Positions 10,464 through 21,796 of a DNA stretch of 64,000 nt are shown piece after piece. A model generated the notes under the pieces. It was not told the DNA's origin. It was given only the letters and a program-made list of their open reading frames with translations, and did no database searches. How positions within the stretch are numbered: the stretch's first letter is position 1; the number at the start of each line of letters is the position of its first letter. The DNA lies in assembly GCA_014874475.1 (NCBI GenBank), contig JADBJJ010000023.1:391836-455835 (forward strand), in the 5' to 3' direction. The translations under genes were made by a program, and so were the position numbers. The stretch is from Chloroflexota bacterium. Lineage in GTDB: Bacteria; Chloroflexota; Anaerolineae; B4-G1; DUEL01.

Positions 10464-10482
10464 GGAAACACCCTCATCGGCC

Positions 10483-11034
10483 TTACTTTCGCCGGAACGG
10501 CATCCCCAAGAGTTCCAGCAGCCGCCGGGCCTCTTCGTCCGTCTTCGCGGTGGTCACAAAGGTGATTTCCATGCCGCGAATCTTGTCAATCTTGTCGTAG
10601 TTGATCTCCGGGAAAATCAACTGTTCGCGCAGCCCCAGCGTGTAGTTCCCCCGCCCGTCAAAGGCCGAGGAAGAAACGCCACGGAAGTCCCGCTGTCGTG
10701 GCAGCGCCACGTTGCACAGCCGGTCCAGGAACGCCCACATGCGCTCACCCCGCAGCGTCACCCTCACCCCGATGGCCCGCCCGGCCCGCAACTTGAAACT
10801 GGCGACGGACCTGCGCGCTTTGGTGATGACCGGCCGCTGGCCAGTGATGGTCGCCAGGTCCTGGACAGCAAAATCCAGCGACTTGGGATTATCCAGCGCC
10901 TCTCCCATGCCGATGTTGACGACAATCTTCTGCAGTTGCGGAACTTCCATGATGTTCCGGTAGCCGAACTCCCGCATGAGGGTCGGCCGAATCTGTTCCC
11001 GATACAAAGCCTGCAACCGCTGCATTGGACTCAC
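10483..11034 (-). CDS. rplE: 50S ribosomal protein L5
   Basis: [11 protein letters not shown]...[21 protein letters not shown]...[10 protein letters not shown]. Confidence 0.99.
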   Translation of the reverse strand: MSPMQRLQALYREQIRPTLMREFGYRNIMEVPQLQKIVVNIGMGEALDNPKSLDFAVQDLATITGQRPVITKARRSVASFKLRAGRAIGVRVTLRGERMWAFLDRLCNVALPRQRDFRGVSSSAFDGRGNYTLGLREQLIFPEINYDKIDKIRGMEITFVTTAKTDEEARRLLELLGMPFRRK

Positions 11035-11054
11035 CTTTTAAATGGCAAATTCAA

Positions 11055-11378
11055 TCAAAATGATTGGCCGCACCGCTTGCAAATCCGCACTTTGCGCCCG
11101 TCCTCCTGGCGCTCAAAGCCCACCCGCGTAGCCTCCTTGCAATGCGGGCAGACGGGCATCACATCGGAAAGATGGATCGGCGCCTCAAACTGAATGCGTC
11201 CGGGCTGAATCCGTCCCCGGCCCGCGCGGATCGGTCGCTGATGCTTGGTGACCATATTGACTCCCGCCACCACCACCCGGTTCTCCTTCGGAAGCACCAG
11301 CCGGACCTCGCCGCGCTTCCCCCGGTCATCCCCGGCGATGACTTCCACCGTATCTCCCTTTTTGACCCGAATACCCAT
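11055..11378 (-). CDS. rplX: 50S ribosomal protein L24
   Basis: KKGDTVEVIAGDDRGKRG KOW motif; EAPIHLS. Confidence 0.98.
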   Translation of the reverse strand: MGIRVKKGDTVEVIAGDDRGKRGEVRLVLPKENRVVVAGVNMVTKHQRPIRAGRGRIQPGRIQFEAPIHLSDVMPVCPHCKEATRVGFERQEDGRKVRICKRCGQSF

Positions 11379-11434
11379 TCTTCACCTCGTTCCACAAACG
11401 GAATACAGAGTTCGTATTGCGTATTCCGTATTCG

Positions 11435-11806
11435 TTACAACACCTCTGGTGCCAGAGAGATGATCTTCATAAATCCCTTGTCCCGCAACTCCCGGGCGAC
11501 GGGCCCGAAAATACGGGTGCCGCGCGGATTGACGCCCGTGGCATCCAGAAGAACTGCCGCGTTGTCATCAAAGCGGATAGTGGAGCCATCAGGGCGCCGG
11601 TACTCTTTGGCCGTGCGGACAATGACCGCCTTGACCACGTCCCCCTTCTTCACCGAGGCGTTGGGCGTGGCCTGCTTGACGGTTGCCACAATGATATCGC
11701 CGACATAGCCGTACCGCCGCTTAGAACCGCCCATCACGCGGATGCAGAGCAGTTCTTTGGCCCCGGTGTTATCGGCCACCGTCAGACGGGTCTCCTGCTG
11801 GATCAT
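11435..11806 (-). CDS. rplN: 50S ribosomal protein L14
   Basis: [17 protein letters not shown]...IRFDDNAAV...SLAPEVL. Confidence 0.99.
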   Translation of the reverse strand: MIQQETRLTVADNTGAKELLCIRVMGGSKRRYGYVGDIIVATVKQATPNASVKKGDVVKAVIVRTAKEYRRPDGSTIRFDDNAAVLLDATGVNPRGTRIFGPVARELRDKGFMKIISLAPEVL

Positions 11807-12075
11807 GCGGCCACCTCCTCAGGACGTTCGGACCGTTCCAGAATCTCTTCCACCACCCACCGCTTCAGCCGACTCAGCGGTCGGGATTCCACAATCCGCA
11901 CCAGGTCGCCCGTGCGGCATGAGTTCTCCTCATCGTGCGCGTAGTACTTCTTCCGCACCCGTACCACCTTGCCGTAGAGCGGGTGGCGACGGGTCCGTTC
12001 CACCTGCACCACCACCGTCTTTTGCATCTTATCGCTGATGACACGCCCGACCAGCTGCTTTCGCCGCTCTCTCAT
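11803..12075 (-). CDS. rpsQ: 30S ribosomal protein S17
   Basis: [14 protein letters not shown]...HPLYGK...AHDEEN...[11 protein letters not shown]. Confidence 0.98.
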   Translation of the reverse strand: MRERRKQLVGRVISDKMQKTVVVQVERTRRHPLYGKVVRVRKKYYAHDEENSCRTGDLVRIVESRPLSRLKRWVVEEILERSERPEEVAA

Positions 12076-12287
12076 TGCGTCGCCTCCTGCATCATCCGGG
12101 CCAGTTCCCGCTCCCGCAGGATAGTCCTGATGCGGGCAATCTCCCGCTTCGTGGCGGTGATGCGGTTATTATCTTGCAGACGATTCATAAACCAGTCCTG
12201 TCGCAGGACAAAGAGTTCCCGATAAGCATCTTCCAATCGGGCCCGCAATTCTGTATCCGTCAACGACCGGAGTTCTTTGGCTCGCAT
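12072..12287 (-). CDS. rpmC: 50S ribosomal protein L29
   Basis: [14 protein letters not shown]...[15 protein letters not shown]; position between rplP and rpsQ. Confidence 0.96.
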   Translation of the reverse strand: MRAKELRSLTDTELRARLEDAYRELFVLRQDWFMNRLQDNNRITATKREIARIRTILRERELARMMQEATQ

Positions 12288-12288
12288 A

Positions 12289-12711
12289 CTACTCCCCCAC
12301 CAACTTTTCTCGGGCGACAAACTGGCATTTGATGGGCAGTTTGTTGGCCGCCAGCCGCATGGCTTCTCGGGCCTGCTCTTCGGGCAGACCCGCCAGTTCA
12401 AAGAGGATACGGCCAGGCCGAACCACAGCCACCCAGTGGTCCACGGCGCCCTTGCCCTTGCCCATGCGGGTCTCGGCAGGCTTGGCCGTGACCGGCTTAT
12501 CCGGGAAAATCCGAATCCAGTACTTCCCACGCCGGCGGACGAAGCGGACAATAGCCCGCCGCGCGGCCTCAATCTGACGGCTGGTGATCCAGGCCGGCTC
12601 CAATGCCTGCAGGCCGTAGTCGCCAAAAGCGACCTCGGTGCCCCGGCTCTCGCGACCCTTCATCCGTCCGCGCATCTGTTTGCGATATTTCACCCGTTTC
12701 GGCATCAACAT
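12289..12711 (-). CDS. rplP: 50S ribosomal protein L16
   Basis: [12 protein letters not shown]...[11 protein letters not shown]...RMGKGKG. Confidence 0.99.
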   Translation of the reverse strand: MLMPKRVKYRKQMRGRMKGRESRGTEVAFGDYGLQALEPAWITSRQIEAARRAIVRFVRRRGKYWIRIFPDKPVTAKPAETRMGKGKGAVDHWVAVVRPGRILFELAGLPEEQAREAMRLAANKLPIKCQFVAREKLVGE

Positions 12712-12724
12712 GGGCCCTTACTCC

Positions 12725-13405
12725 TCACACCACAAACGGCTGCGGTTGTTCCTCCACCATCTCGGGTCTCGCCTCAGGTGAGAGGATATCCCCTTTGTAA
12801 ATCCAGACCTTGACGCCGATGCGGCCATAGGTGGTATAAGCCTCGGCGCGGGCGAAGTCAATATCGGCGCGCAGGGTCTGGCGGGGGACCCGCCCCTCCC
12901 GCATCGCCACCGGACGAGCCATTTCGGCGCCCCCAATGCGCCCCTTGCAGATAACCCAGACTCCTTGGGCTCCGGCCCGCATCGCCTGCTGGATGGCTCG
13001 CTTCATCGCCCGACCGTGGGAAATCCGGCGCTCCAGTTGGGCCACAATGTTCTGGGCCACCAAGCGGGCATCCAGTTCCGGCTGCTCCACTTCCCGCACG
13101 TCCACGTGCACCCGCTTGCCGGTAATCTCCTCCAGTTCCTGCCGGAGCACCTTTACCGCGCCCCCCTTCCGCCCGATCACAATGCCCGGACGCGCCGTCC
13201 AGATGGTCACCTGCACCTGGTTGGGGAAGCGCTCAATCTCAATCCGGGAGACCCCTGCCGGAGCCAGTTCCCGCTCTATGTACTCCCGAATGCGCAGGTC
13301 CTCCTGCAACAGGTCCCGGTAGGCCTTGCCGTCGGCGTACCAGCGGGCTTTCCAATCCCGCAAAATCTTCAACCGAAAGCCGTAGGGATGTACCTTTCGT
13401 CCCAA
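12725..13405 (-). CDS. rpsC: 30S ribosomal protein S3
   Basis: TTG start GRKVHPYGFRL...ARPGIVIGRKG...TYGRIGVKVWIY; GGAGG RBS upstream. Confidence 0.98.
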   Translation of the reverse strand: MGRKVHPYGFRLKILRDWKARWYADGKAYRDLLQEDLRIREYIERELAPAGVSRIEIERFPNQVQVTIWTARPGIVIGRKGGAVKVLRQELEEITGKRVHVDVREVEQPELDARLVAQNIVAQLERRISHGRAMKRAIQQAMRAGAQGVWVICKGRIGGAEMARPVAMREGRVPRQTLRADIDFARAEAYTTYGRIGVKVWIYKGDILSPEARPEMVEEQPQPFVV

Positions 13406-13460
13406 AATGTCCCTCCGTGGTGTAAAATCAGCGAATAGCCGATCCTTTGACTCCCTTATT

Positions 13461-13817
13461 TCACTCTTCCTCAAACTCGTCCAGAACAACCGTGATGTGG
13501 GACGAGCGGCGACGGATCGGGCGATACCGTCCCCGGGCGGCGAAGCGCGGCCGCCACCCTTGGCCCGGCGCCACGCCTGGCCCTTCGTCGGCCACAATCT
13601 GGGCGATGTACAGATTGTCCCGGGAGAGGCCAATGTTCTCTTCCGCGTTGGCGACAGCCGAGCGGATCAGTTTCTCCACCGGGCGCGCGGCGGCGTGCGG
13701 CATCAGTCGCAACACCTCCAGTGCCCCCACCACATCCATACCTCGCACCTGGTCAATCACCCGGCGCACCTTTCGCGCCGACATCGGTATATGCTTCGCC
13801 TGTGCACGGACCTCCAT
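13461..13817 (-). CDS. rplV: 50S ribosomal protein L22
   Basis: SARKVRRVIDQVRG...SAVANAEEN...RSSHITVVL. Confidence 0.97.
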   Translation of the reverse strand: MEVRAQAKHIPMSARKVRRVIDQVRGMDVVGALEVLRLMPHAAARPVEKLIRSAVANAEENIGLSRDNLYIAQIVADEGPGVAPGQGWRPRFAARGRYRPIRRRSSHITVVLDEFEEE

Positions 13818-13844
13818 AATCCCTACTCCTCTCAATTCCGGCTC

Positions 13845-14135
13845 TTACTTCTTCCGCCGCACTTCACCCTTCTTCTCTTTGGTGACGTGCCCCCGATAGG
13901 TCCGGGTTGGAGCGAATTCCCCCAGTTTGTGACCGACCATGTTCTCGGTGATGTAGATGGGCACATGCCGCCGCCCGTCGTGAACGGCGATGGTGTGGCC
14001 CACCATTTGCGGGAAGATGGTGGAAGCCCGGGACCAGGTCCGGATCACCCGTTTCTCCCCGGCCCGATTCAGTTCCTCAATTTTCCGCAGCAACTTCGGG
14101 TCTACATACGGGCCTTTTTTCAGCGAGCGTCCCAT
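13845..14135 (-). CDS. rpsS: 30S ribosomal protein S19
   Basis: [12 protein letters not shown]...TWSRASTI...[11 protein letters not shown]. Confidence 0.99.
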   Translation of the reverse strand: MGRSLKKGPYVDPKLLRKIEELNRAGEKRVIRTWSRASTIFPQMVGHTIAVHDGRRHVPIYITENMVGHKLGEFAPTRTYRGHVTKEKKGEVRRKK

Positions 14136-14168
14136 ATTCCTCTACTCCCTACTGCGTATTCCGTCCAC

Positions 14169-15005
14169 TTACTGCCGGCGCGTGCCCCGACGACGGATGA
14201 TGTACCTATCCGTCGTCTTGTTGCGACGGGTCTTCTTGCCCAGGGTCGGCTTGCCCCACGGCGTCTTTGGGCCGGGCATGCCGATGGGGGAGCGCCCCTC
14301 GCCACCGCCATGGGGGTGGTCGCGTGGGCTCATTGCGGAACCGCGCACATGCGGACGCCGTCCCAGCCAGCGTTTGCGGCCCGCCTTGCCCAACTTGACG
14401 TGGGTATGATCCTCGTTCCCCACCTGCCCGACCGTCGCCATACACTCTTTGCGGATCAGCCGCATCTCACCACTGGGCAGCCGGACCGTCACATAGTCCC
14501 CTTCCTTCGCCAGCACCTGGGCAGCGCAACCCGCCGATCGGACCAACTGTCCGCCCCGTCCGGGATACAACTCAATGTTGTGAATCGTTGTCCCCAACGG
14601 GATGCGCTCCAGCGGCAGCGAGTTCCCCGCCCGGATCTCAGCGGTCGGGCCGCTCATCACCGTATCTCCCACCTTCAGGCCCAGCGGAGCCAGGATATAC
14701 CGCTTTTCGCCGTCCGCGTAGACCAGCAGGGCGATGCGCGCCGAGCGGTTGGGATCGTACTCTATAGAGGCCACGCGGGCCGGAATGCCGTACTTATCCC
14801 GCTTGAAGTCAATCAGACGGTACAGCCGCTTGTGGCCGCCACCCCGGTGGCGAATCGTGATCCGTCCCTGGACATTCCGTCCGCCCCTTTTCCGCAAGGG
14901 AACAACCAGGCTCCGCTCCGGCGCGGTCTTCGTGATCTCCTCAAACAGTGAGCCAGTCATCCCCCGGCGTCCGGGCGATGTCGGCTTATAGACCTTGATC
15001 CCCAC
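14169..15005 (-). CDS. rplB: 50S ribosomal protein L2
   Basis: GTG start; YKPTSPGRR...[13 protein letters not shown]...DHPHGGGEG. Confidence 0.99.
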   Translation of the reverse strand: MGIKVYKPTSPGRRGMTGSLFEEITKTAPERSLVVPLRKRGGRNVQGRITIRHRGGGHKRLYRLIDFKRDKYGIPARVASIEYDPNRSARIALLVYADGEKRYILAPLGLKVGDTVMSGPTAEIRAGNSLPLERIPLGTTIHNIELYPGRGGQLVRSAGCAAQVLAKEGDYVTVRLPSGEMRLIRKECMATVGQVGNEDHTHVKLGKAGRKRWLGRRPHVRGSAMSPRDHPHGGGEGRSPIGMPGPKTPWGKPTLGKKTRRNKTTDRYIIRRRGTRRQ

Positions 15006-15006
15006 C

Positions 15007-15309
15007 TTAGCCCTCCAGCACTTCCAGTTCCGGGATTCGCTCCCCCTCGGCGAGGGTGACCACTGCCTTCTTCCAGGCCGGAATCCGCACCACCCGACGG
15101 CGTCCCCACCGCCGGACGGCTTTGGCCGGCATGTTGGCAATGTTCACCGTCTCCACGTGGACCTTATAGATCGTCTCCACTGCCTGCTTGACCAGGGCCT
15201 TGTTCGCCCGCCGGTCCACCTCAAAGGTGTACTGCCGTCGGCGGAGCGAGGTGGCCCTCTGGGTCTTTTCCGTCAAAACCGGACGTTTGATAACCTCGTA
15301 CAGATGCAT
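15007..15309 (-). CDS. rplW: 50S ribosomal protein L23
   Basis: IKRPVLTEK...[11 protein letters not shown]...WKKAVVTL. Confidence 0.97.
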   Translation of the reverse strand: MHLYEVIKRPVLTEKTQRATSLRRRQYTFEVDRRANKALVKQAVETIYKVHVETVNIANMPAKAVRRWGRRRVVRIPAWKKAVVTLAEGERIPELEVLEG

Positions 15310-15313
15310 GGCC

Positions 15314-15937
15314 TTACCCCAGAATGGACTCTATCACCTGCAGGGCGCCCAGCGGCATGACCACTTTCTCGTACTGCAACAGGTCGCGGATATTCAGATA
15401 ACTGGCATGGAGCGCCTTCACCTTCGGCAGGTTGCGCACCGACTTCTCCACCGTCTCATTACGGCCAGGCAGGAGAATCAGGGCATCCTCCCCCACATTG
15501 AGCCGGGAAAGGACCTCCCGCATTTCCCGCGTCTTCGGCTCCGGCAACTCCAGATGGTCCACCACCACGATCTGCTGATGACCGGCCTTTACGCTCAGGG
15601 CGCTGCGCAGGGCGGCCCGGCGCATCTTCTTGGGCATCTGCTGTTCGTAACTGCGGGGCTTGGGCCCGTGGGCGATGCCGCCGCCGACGAAAATGGGCGC
15701 GTTCCGGCTGCCGTGGCGGGCCCGACCCGTCCCCTTCTGCCGGTACCACTTGGCCGTGGTTCGGTTCACCTCGCCGCGCGTCCGGGTCTTGTGCGTCCCC
15801 AGGCGGGCGTTGGCCAATTGCCGCACCAGCGCCTGGTGCATCAGCGGCACGTTGACCGGCGCCTCAAAGATGTCGGGCCGTAACTCTATCTCATCTACTT
15901 GCTGCCCGCTCATGTTCCAGACGGGAACTTTCATCAT
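15314..15937 (-). CDS. rplD: 50S ribosomal protein L4
   Basis: GTHKTRTRGEV...RQKGTGRARHGS...GGGIAHGPKPR. Confidence 0.99.
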   Translation of the reverse strand: MMKVPVWNMSGQQVDEIELRPDIFEAPVNVPLMHQALVRQLANARLGTHKTRTRGEVNRTTAKWYRQKGTGRARHGSRNAPIFVGGGIAHGPKPRSYEQQMPKKMRRAALRSALSVKAGHQQIVVVDHLELPEPKTREMREVLSRLNVGEDALILLPGRNETVEKSVRNLPKVKALHASYLNIRDLLQYEKVVMPLGALQVIESILG

Positions 15938-15979
15938 CTACCCCCTACTCCATAAACTCCAGGCTACGGATTCTGTTCC

Positions 15980-16678
15980 CTACCCCTTGCGCAGTTCCTT
16001 CGTCTTTCGGGCCTGCTTGATCATCACCAGGCTGCCCCGGTGACCCGGGACGGCACCGCGCACCGCCAGCAGGTTCCGCTCCGGGTCCACCATAACCACT
16101 TCCAGGTTCTGAACGGTCACCCGCACGCCGCCCATACGGCCGGGCATTCGGAGACCCTTCAGCACTCGGCCCGGCGTCGTGGTGGCGCCAATGGAGCCGT
16201 GGCGACGCTCCCGGTCTGATTGACCGTGGGTCTTGGGCTGGCGGTTGAAGCCGTGACGCTTGATGCCCCCGGCGAACCCGCGCCCTTTGGACGTACCCAC
16301 CACATCCACTCGATCGCCGACCTGGAAAACGGCCACGGTGATTTTCTCACCCTCAGCGGGTGCCTCTTCCGGCTTCACGCGGAACTCTCGCAGGCGGCGC
16401 AGTGGCCCGGGTATCCCCTTCAGCATCCGCCGGCGCGGGTGGACGGAGTCGGTTTTCAACAGGCCCAGATGGCCCAGTTGCCCGCGCGTCAGACGGGGGG
16501 GGTTCACCGGCTCAAAACCCAACTGGACCGCGCTGTAGCCATCCCGCTCCGGTGTCTTGACCTGAGTGACCCAGCAGGGCCCGGCCTCAATCACCGTGAC
16601 CGGGATCGCCTCGCCCTCGGCAGTAAACAACGTGGTCATTCCCACTTTTTTCCCCAGGATTCCCTTCACGATACTCAC
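15980..16678 (-). CDS. rplC: 50S ribosomal protein L3
   Basis: GKKVGMT...DGYSAVQLG...SKGRGFAGGIKRHGF...GAVPG. Confidence 0.99.
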   Translation of the reverse strand: MSIVKGILGKKVGMTTLFTAEGEAIPVTVIEAGPCWVTQVKTPERDGYSAVQLGFEPVNPPRLTRGQLGHLGLLKTDSVHPRRRMLKGIPGPLRRLREFRVKPEEAPAEGEKITVAVFQVGDRVDVVGTSKGRGFAGGIKRHGFNRQPKTHGQSDRERRHGSIGATTTPGRVLKGLRMPGRMGGVRVTVQNLEVVMVDPERNLLAVRGAVPGHRGSLVMIKQARKTKELRKG

Positions 16679-16804
16679 TCCTCCATGGGACTGCCAGCCC
16701 TGAGACAGGCCGCATCATCCCAGTTTCAGGATACAAGGATACAGGGATAGAAAGACAGCGGCAGTGAAAGACCTTGTTCCCTGTCCGCCCTTTTCCCTGT
16801 CTAC

Positions 16805-17113
16805 TTACAACTTAATTTCTATGTCCACGCCTGCGGGCAGGTTGAGCCGCATCAGCGCATCTATGGTCTTATTATCCGGCTCCAGGACATCTATCACCCG
16901 CTTGTGGGTCCGGATTTCAAAGTGCTCGTGGGAGTCCTTGTCAATGAAGGTGGACCGGCGCACAGTGAAGCGCTCTATTTGGGTCGGCAACGGGATAGGG
17001 CCGACTACTGTCGCTCCTGTGCGCTCGGCCGTCTCCACGATGCGCCGGGCGGACTCATCCAGCACGCGATGGTCGTACGCCTTCAGGCGGATCCGAATCC
17101 TCTGTTTGGCCAT
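16805..17113 (-). CDS. rpsJ: 30S ribosomal protein S10
   Basis: [14 protein letters not shown]...GPIPLPT...FEIRTHKR. Confidence 0.99.
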   Translation of the reverse strand: MAKQRIRIRLKAYDHRVLDESARRIVETAERTGATVVGPIPLPTQIERFTVRRSTFIDKDSHEHFEIRTHKRVIDVLEPDNKTIDALMRLNLPAGVDIEIKL

Positions 17114-17133
17114 ATCGGTAGATGGGTAACTGG

Positions 17134-18351
<1,218 letters not shown>

Positions 18352-18447
18352 TTCTCCTCTCTCCTTTCACCAGATGATTCACTGATTCAGAGATTTGCCG
18401 CAACTGATTCGGCCCTCGCTCCCCCTCAACGGGGGTCAGAAGGTGTG

Positions 18448-18534
18448 GGGTTTTGCGGCGACCTGTGGCCGCCGCAAAACCCGTTTCTCTGCCCGTCTGA
18501 AATAATTCGGGCCGGAGTTATCCTCCGGCCCGAA
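18448..18534. repeat. two perfect GC-rich hairpins in the fusA-tuf spacer
   Basis: GGGTTTTGCGGCG/CGCCGCAAAACCC (18448-18482) and TTCGGGCCGGAG/CTCCGGCCCGAA (18506-18534). Confidence 0.6.
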
Positions 18535-18574
18535 CGGCTCTGGAGAACAACTCCCAACTTAGTGAGAGCGTCTT

Positions 18575-20650
18575 CTACCAGCCACGACCACCATATAAAA
18601 TGGCCTCCATCTGCTCTTTATCCACCGGTGCGTAGTGGTGGAATTCCATCGTAAACGTGCCTCGTCCCTGGGTCAGGGAACGGACGTCGGTGGCATAACC
18701 GAACATCCGGGCCAGGGGCACCATCGCCCGGACGGCGCGCACACCGCCCGGCCGCTGTTCCATCCCTTCAATGGCGGCTCCCCGGCTATTTAGGTCACCG
18801 ATGACCTCCCCCAGAGAGGCTTCGGGCACCACCACCTCCGTCCGCATCACCGGCTCCAGCAGCACCGGCTTCGCCTCCTCCACCGCCCGCTTGAAGGCGA
18901 TAGACCCGGCCACCTTAAAAGCCAGTTCGGTGGAGGTTTCCGCGTCCCATGTCCCATCCAGCAGGGTGACCTGTACGTCCACCAGGGGATAGCCCGCCAG
19001 GACGCCGCTCTCCATCGCCTCGCTGCACCCCTCTTCCACCGCCTTCACAAAGGGCGGCAGCAGGAGTTTCCCCCGGCTGGGGTCCTGAAACCGGAATCCA
19101 CCCCCGGACGGCAACGGCTCTACCGCCAGGCGTACCCGGGCGTACTGGAGACTCCCACTGATGGGCCGGTCAAACACGGCCTCTGCCTCGGCGCGGGCGG
19201 TCACTGTCTCCCGGTAAGCCACCCGAGGACGTCCCACCCGCCCTTCCACACGAAACTCCCGCACCAGCCGGTCCACCAGAATCTCTAGGTGAAGCTCCCC
19301 CATCCCGGCGAGAATCGTCTGCCCGGTGTTCTCGTCGGTGCGGACGACAAAGGTGGGGTCTTCCTCCGCCAGCCGACGCAGGGCCTGGTGCAGTTGCTCC
19401 TGGTCTGCCTGCGTCTTCGGCTCAATGGCCACGAAGACCACCGGCTCCGGAAAGACGATGGGCTCCAGCACGATGGGAGCGGTCGGTGGGCAGAGGGTGT
19501 CGCCGGTGAAGGTGGCCTTCAGGCCAACCACGCCGCCGATGTCCCCGGCTGTCAGTTCGGCGATCTCTTCCCGGTCCCGGGCAAACATCCGCAAGAGTTT
19601 GCCGATGCGCTCCGTCTGCCCTTTGCCAGGGTTATAAACGGAAGAGCCGACCTTGAGTTTGCCCGAGTAGACCCGCACATAGACCAGACGGCCCACGTAG
19701 GGGTCGCTGGCCACCTTGAAGGCCAGGGCCGCCAGCGGGGCATTGACGTCGGCGGGGCGGGTCTCCGGCTCTCCGGTGCGGGGGTTTTCTCCCTCTACGG
19801 GTGGGATATCCAGGGGGGAGGGCAGGTAGTCCACGATGGCGTCCAGCAGAGGCTGCACCCCCTTGTTGCGCAGGGCAGAGCCGCAAAGCACCGGGACCAG
19901 GGTCCCGGCGATGGTGGCCCGCCGCAGGGCCCGCCGCAGGTCCGCCGCGGGAATCTCCTCACCCTCCAGGTAGCGGGCCATCAGGTCATCGTCCGTCTCC
20001 ACAATCTGCTCCAGGACCCGCTCCCGCAACTCCTGGACCTCGTGGGCCAGTTCCGGAGGGATGGGTTCTATCACCGGCTCCCTGCCCAACTCGTCCACCC
20101 AGGTGACCGCGCGCATCTCCAGCAGGTCCACCGCGCCCCGGAACGAGAGTTCCCGGCCGATGGGCCACTGGAGCATCACGGGGTTGGCCCCCAGTCGCTC
20201 CCGGATGGTCTCGGTGGCATGGGCGAAGTCGGCGCCCAGTTTATCCATTTTGTTAATGAAAGCGATAAGGGGCACGCCAAAGGAGCGGGCCTGCCGCCAG
20301 ACGGTCTCCGACTGGGGCTCCACCCCAGCGACGGCGTCAAAGACTACGACGCCTCCGTCCAGGACGCGCAGGCTACGCTGCACCTCGGCGGTGAAGTCAA
20401 TGTGCCCCGGCGTATCTATGATGTTAATCTGATGGTCGCGCCAGAAGCAGGTGACAGCGGCAGCGGTGATGGTAATGCCCCGTTCCCGCTCCTGGACCAT
20501 CCAGTCGGTGACGGTGGTCCCTTCGTCCACCGTCCCCATCCGATGAGTTCTTCCCGTGTAAAAAAGAATCCGTTCGGTGGTAGTGGTTTTCCCCGCGTCT
20601 ATGTGGGCGATGATCCCGATGTTGCGAACCCGCTCCAGTGGCCATGCCAT
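18575..20650 (-). CDS. fusA: elongation factor G (divergent domain IV, EF-G2-like)
   Basis: [47 protein letters not shown] motifs; lies between rpsG and tuf. Confidence 0.96.
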   Translation of the reverse strand: MAWPLERVRNIGIIAHIDAGKTTTTERILFYTGRTHRMGTVDEGTTVTDWMVQERERGITITAAAVTCFWRDHQINIIDTPGHIDFTAEVQRSLRVLDGGVVVFDAVAGVEPQSETVWRQARSFGVPLIAFINKMDKLGADFAHATETIRERLGANPVMLQWPIGRELSFRGAVDLLEMRAVTWVDELGREPVIEPIPPELAHEVQELRERVLEQIVETDDDLMARYLEGEEIPAADLRRALRRATIAGTLVPVLCGSALRNKGVQPLLDAIVDYLPSPLDIPPVEGENPRTGEPETRPADVNAPLAALAFKVASDPYVGRLVYVRVYSGKLKVGSSVYNPGKGQTERIGKLLRMFARDREEIAELTAGDIGGVVGLKATFTGDTLCPPTAPIVLEPIVFPEPVVFVAIEPKTQADQEQLHQALRRLAEEDPTFVVRTDENTGQTILAGMGELHLEILVDRLVREFRVEGRVGRPRVAYRETVTARAEAEAVFDRPISGSLQYARVRLAVEPLPSGGGFRFQDPSRGKLLLPPFVKAVEEGCSEAMESGVLAGYPLVDVQVTLLDGTWDAETSTELAFKVAGSIAFKRAVEEAKPVLLEPVMRTEVVVPEASLGEVIGDLNSRGAAIEGMEQRPGGVRAVRAMVPLARMFGYATDVRSLTQGRGTFTMEFHHYAPVDKEQMEAILYGGRGW

Positions 20651-20695
20651 CGCATCTGTCCCTCCGGGTCGCCCGGGCGCCCACCCGAGCAGGCA

Positions 20696-21166
20696 CTACC
20701 ACCGGTAGTGGGCAAACGCCTGGTTGGCCTCGGCCATCCTATGGGTATCTTCCCGTTTCTTGATGGCGGCGCCGGTCTTGTTGACGGCGTCCATCAGTTC
20801 GGCGGCCAGTCTTTCGGCCATAGAGCGCCCGGACCGATTGCGAGCGGCATCCAGAATCCAGCGGATGGTCAGACTGATCTGGCGGTGGGGCGGTACCTCC
20901 ACCGGAACCTGGTAGGTCGCCCCGCCGACGCGCCGGGGTTTGACCTCCAGGATGGGGGTGACATTCCGCACCGCCTCCTCCAGTACCTCCAGCGCCGGTC
21001 GCCGGGTCCGCTCCTGGAGAATATCCATCGCCTGGTACATAATGCGGGTCGCCAGGCTCTTCTTGCCGTCTTTCATTATTTTGTTGATGAACTTGGCGAC
21101 CAGGACGCTGTTATAGCGCAGGTCCGGCTCAACTTCTCGTTTAGGTGGACGGTATCGTCTGGGCAT
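20696..21166 (-). CDS. rpsG: 30S ribosomal protein S7
   Basis: [14 protein letters not shown]...[15 protein letters not shown]. Confidence 0.99.
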   Translation of the reverse strand: MPRRYRPPKREVEPDLRYNSVLVAKFINKIMKDGKKSLATRIMYQAMDILQERTRRPALEVLEEAVRNVTPILEVKPRRVGGATYQVPVEVPPHRQISLTIRWILDAARNRSGRSMAERLAAELMDAVNKTGAAIKKREDTHRMAEANQAFAHYRW

Positions 21167-21186
21167 CCTTCCTCACCGATCCCTGC

Positions 21187-21645
21187 CTACTTCTTCCCTG
21201 GCTTCGCGCCAGGCTTGGCCGGGCCCTTGCCCTTGCCGACTTTGGTGCCGTACTTGGAGCGCTGCTGAGCGCGACCATCCACCCCCGCAGAATCCAGCGC
21301 GCCCCGGATGATGTGGTAGCGGACGCCGGGGAGGTCCTTCACACGGCCGCCGCGCACCAGCACCACCGAGTGCTCCTGCAGGTTGTGCCCTTCGCCGGGG
21401 ATATAGGCTGTAATCTCAATGCCGTTGGTCAGCCGCACGCGGGCGATTTTGCGCAGCGCGGAGTTCGGCTTCTTCGGCGTCATCGTCCGCACCTGGGTGC
21501 AGACGCCCCGCTTCTGCGGCGCGCCCTTCGGCATCCGGAAGCGCCGCTGCTTGTACGAGTTAAAGATGTGCTGCAGCGCTGGCGCCTTGGTCTTCTTCTC
21601 CTTCGGCTTCCGTCCTTTGCGAACCAGTTGATTGATCGTCGGCAC
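21187..21645 (-). CDS. rpsL: 30S ribosomal protein S12
   Basis: [10 protein letters not shown]...[11 protein letters not shown]...[13 protein letters not shown]. Confidence 0.99.
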   Translation of the reverse strand: MPTINQLVRKGRKPKEKKTKAPALQHIFNSYKQRRFRMPKGAPQKRGVCTQVRTMTPKKPNSALRKIARVRLTNGIEITAYIPGEGHNLQEHSVVLVRGGRVKDLPGVRYHIIRGALDSAGVDGRAQQRSKYGTKVGKGKGPAKPGAKPGKK

Positions 21646-21767
21646 GGTCTCTCTCCCTCAGATTCCGCGAAGAAGGCCATCTGTGCCAACCGATGGCCTC
21701 CTTCCGCCTTCACGAGTCCTTTCGTGTACGGCAGGGGCTTTGGCTGCCGTCCATCTGACAAGGAGGC

Positions 21768-21796
21768 ATTTTACCACAGATTGTGAATTTAGTCAA
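21768..21796 (-). promoter_or_regulatory. sigma70 promoter of the rpsL operon, overlapping the rpoB stop
   Basis: TTGACT-N17-TAAAAT with an extended -10 TG; the -35 lies in the last rpoB codons (TTT GAC TAA). Confidence 0.7.
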
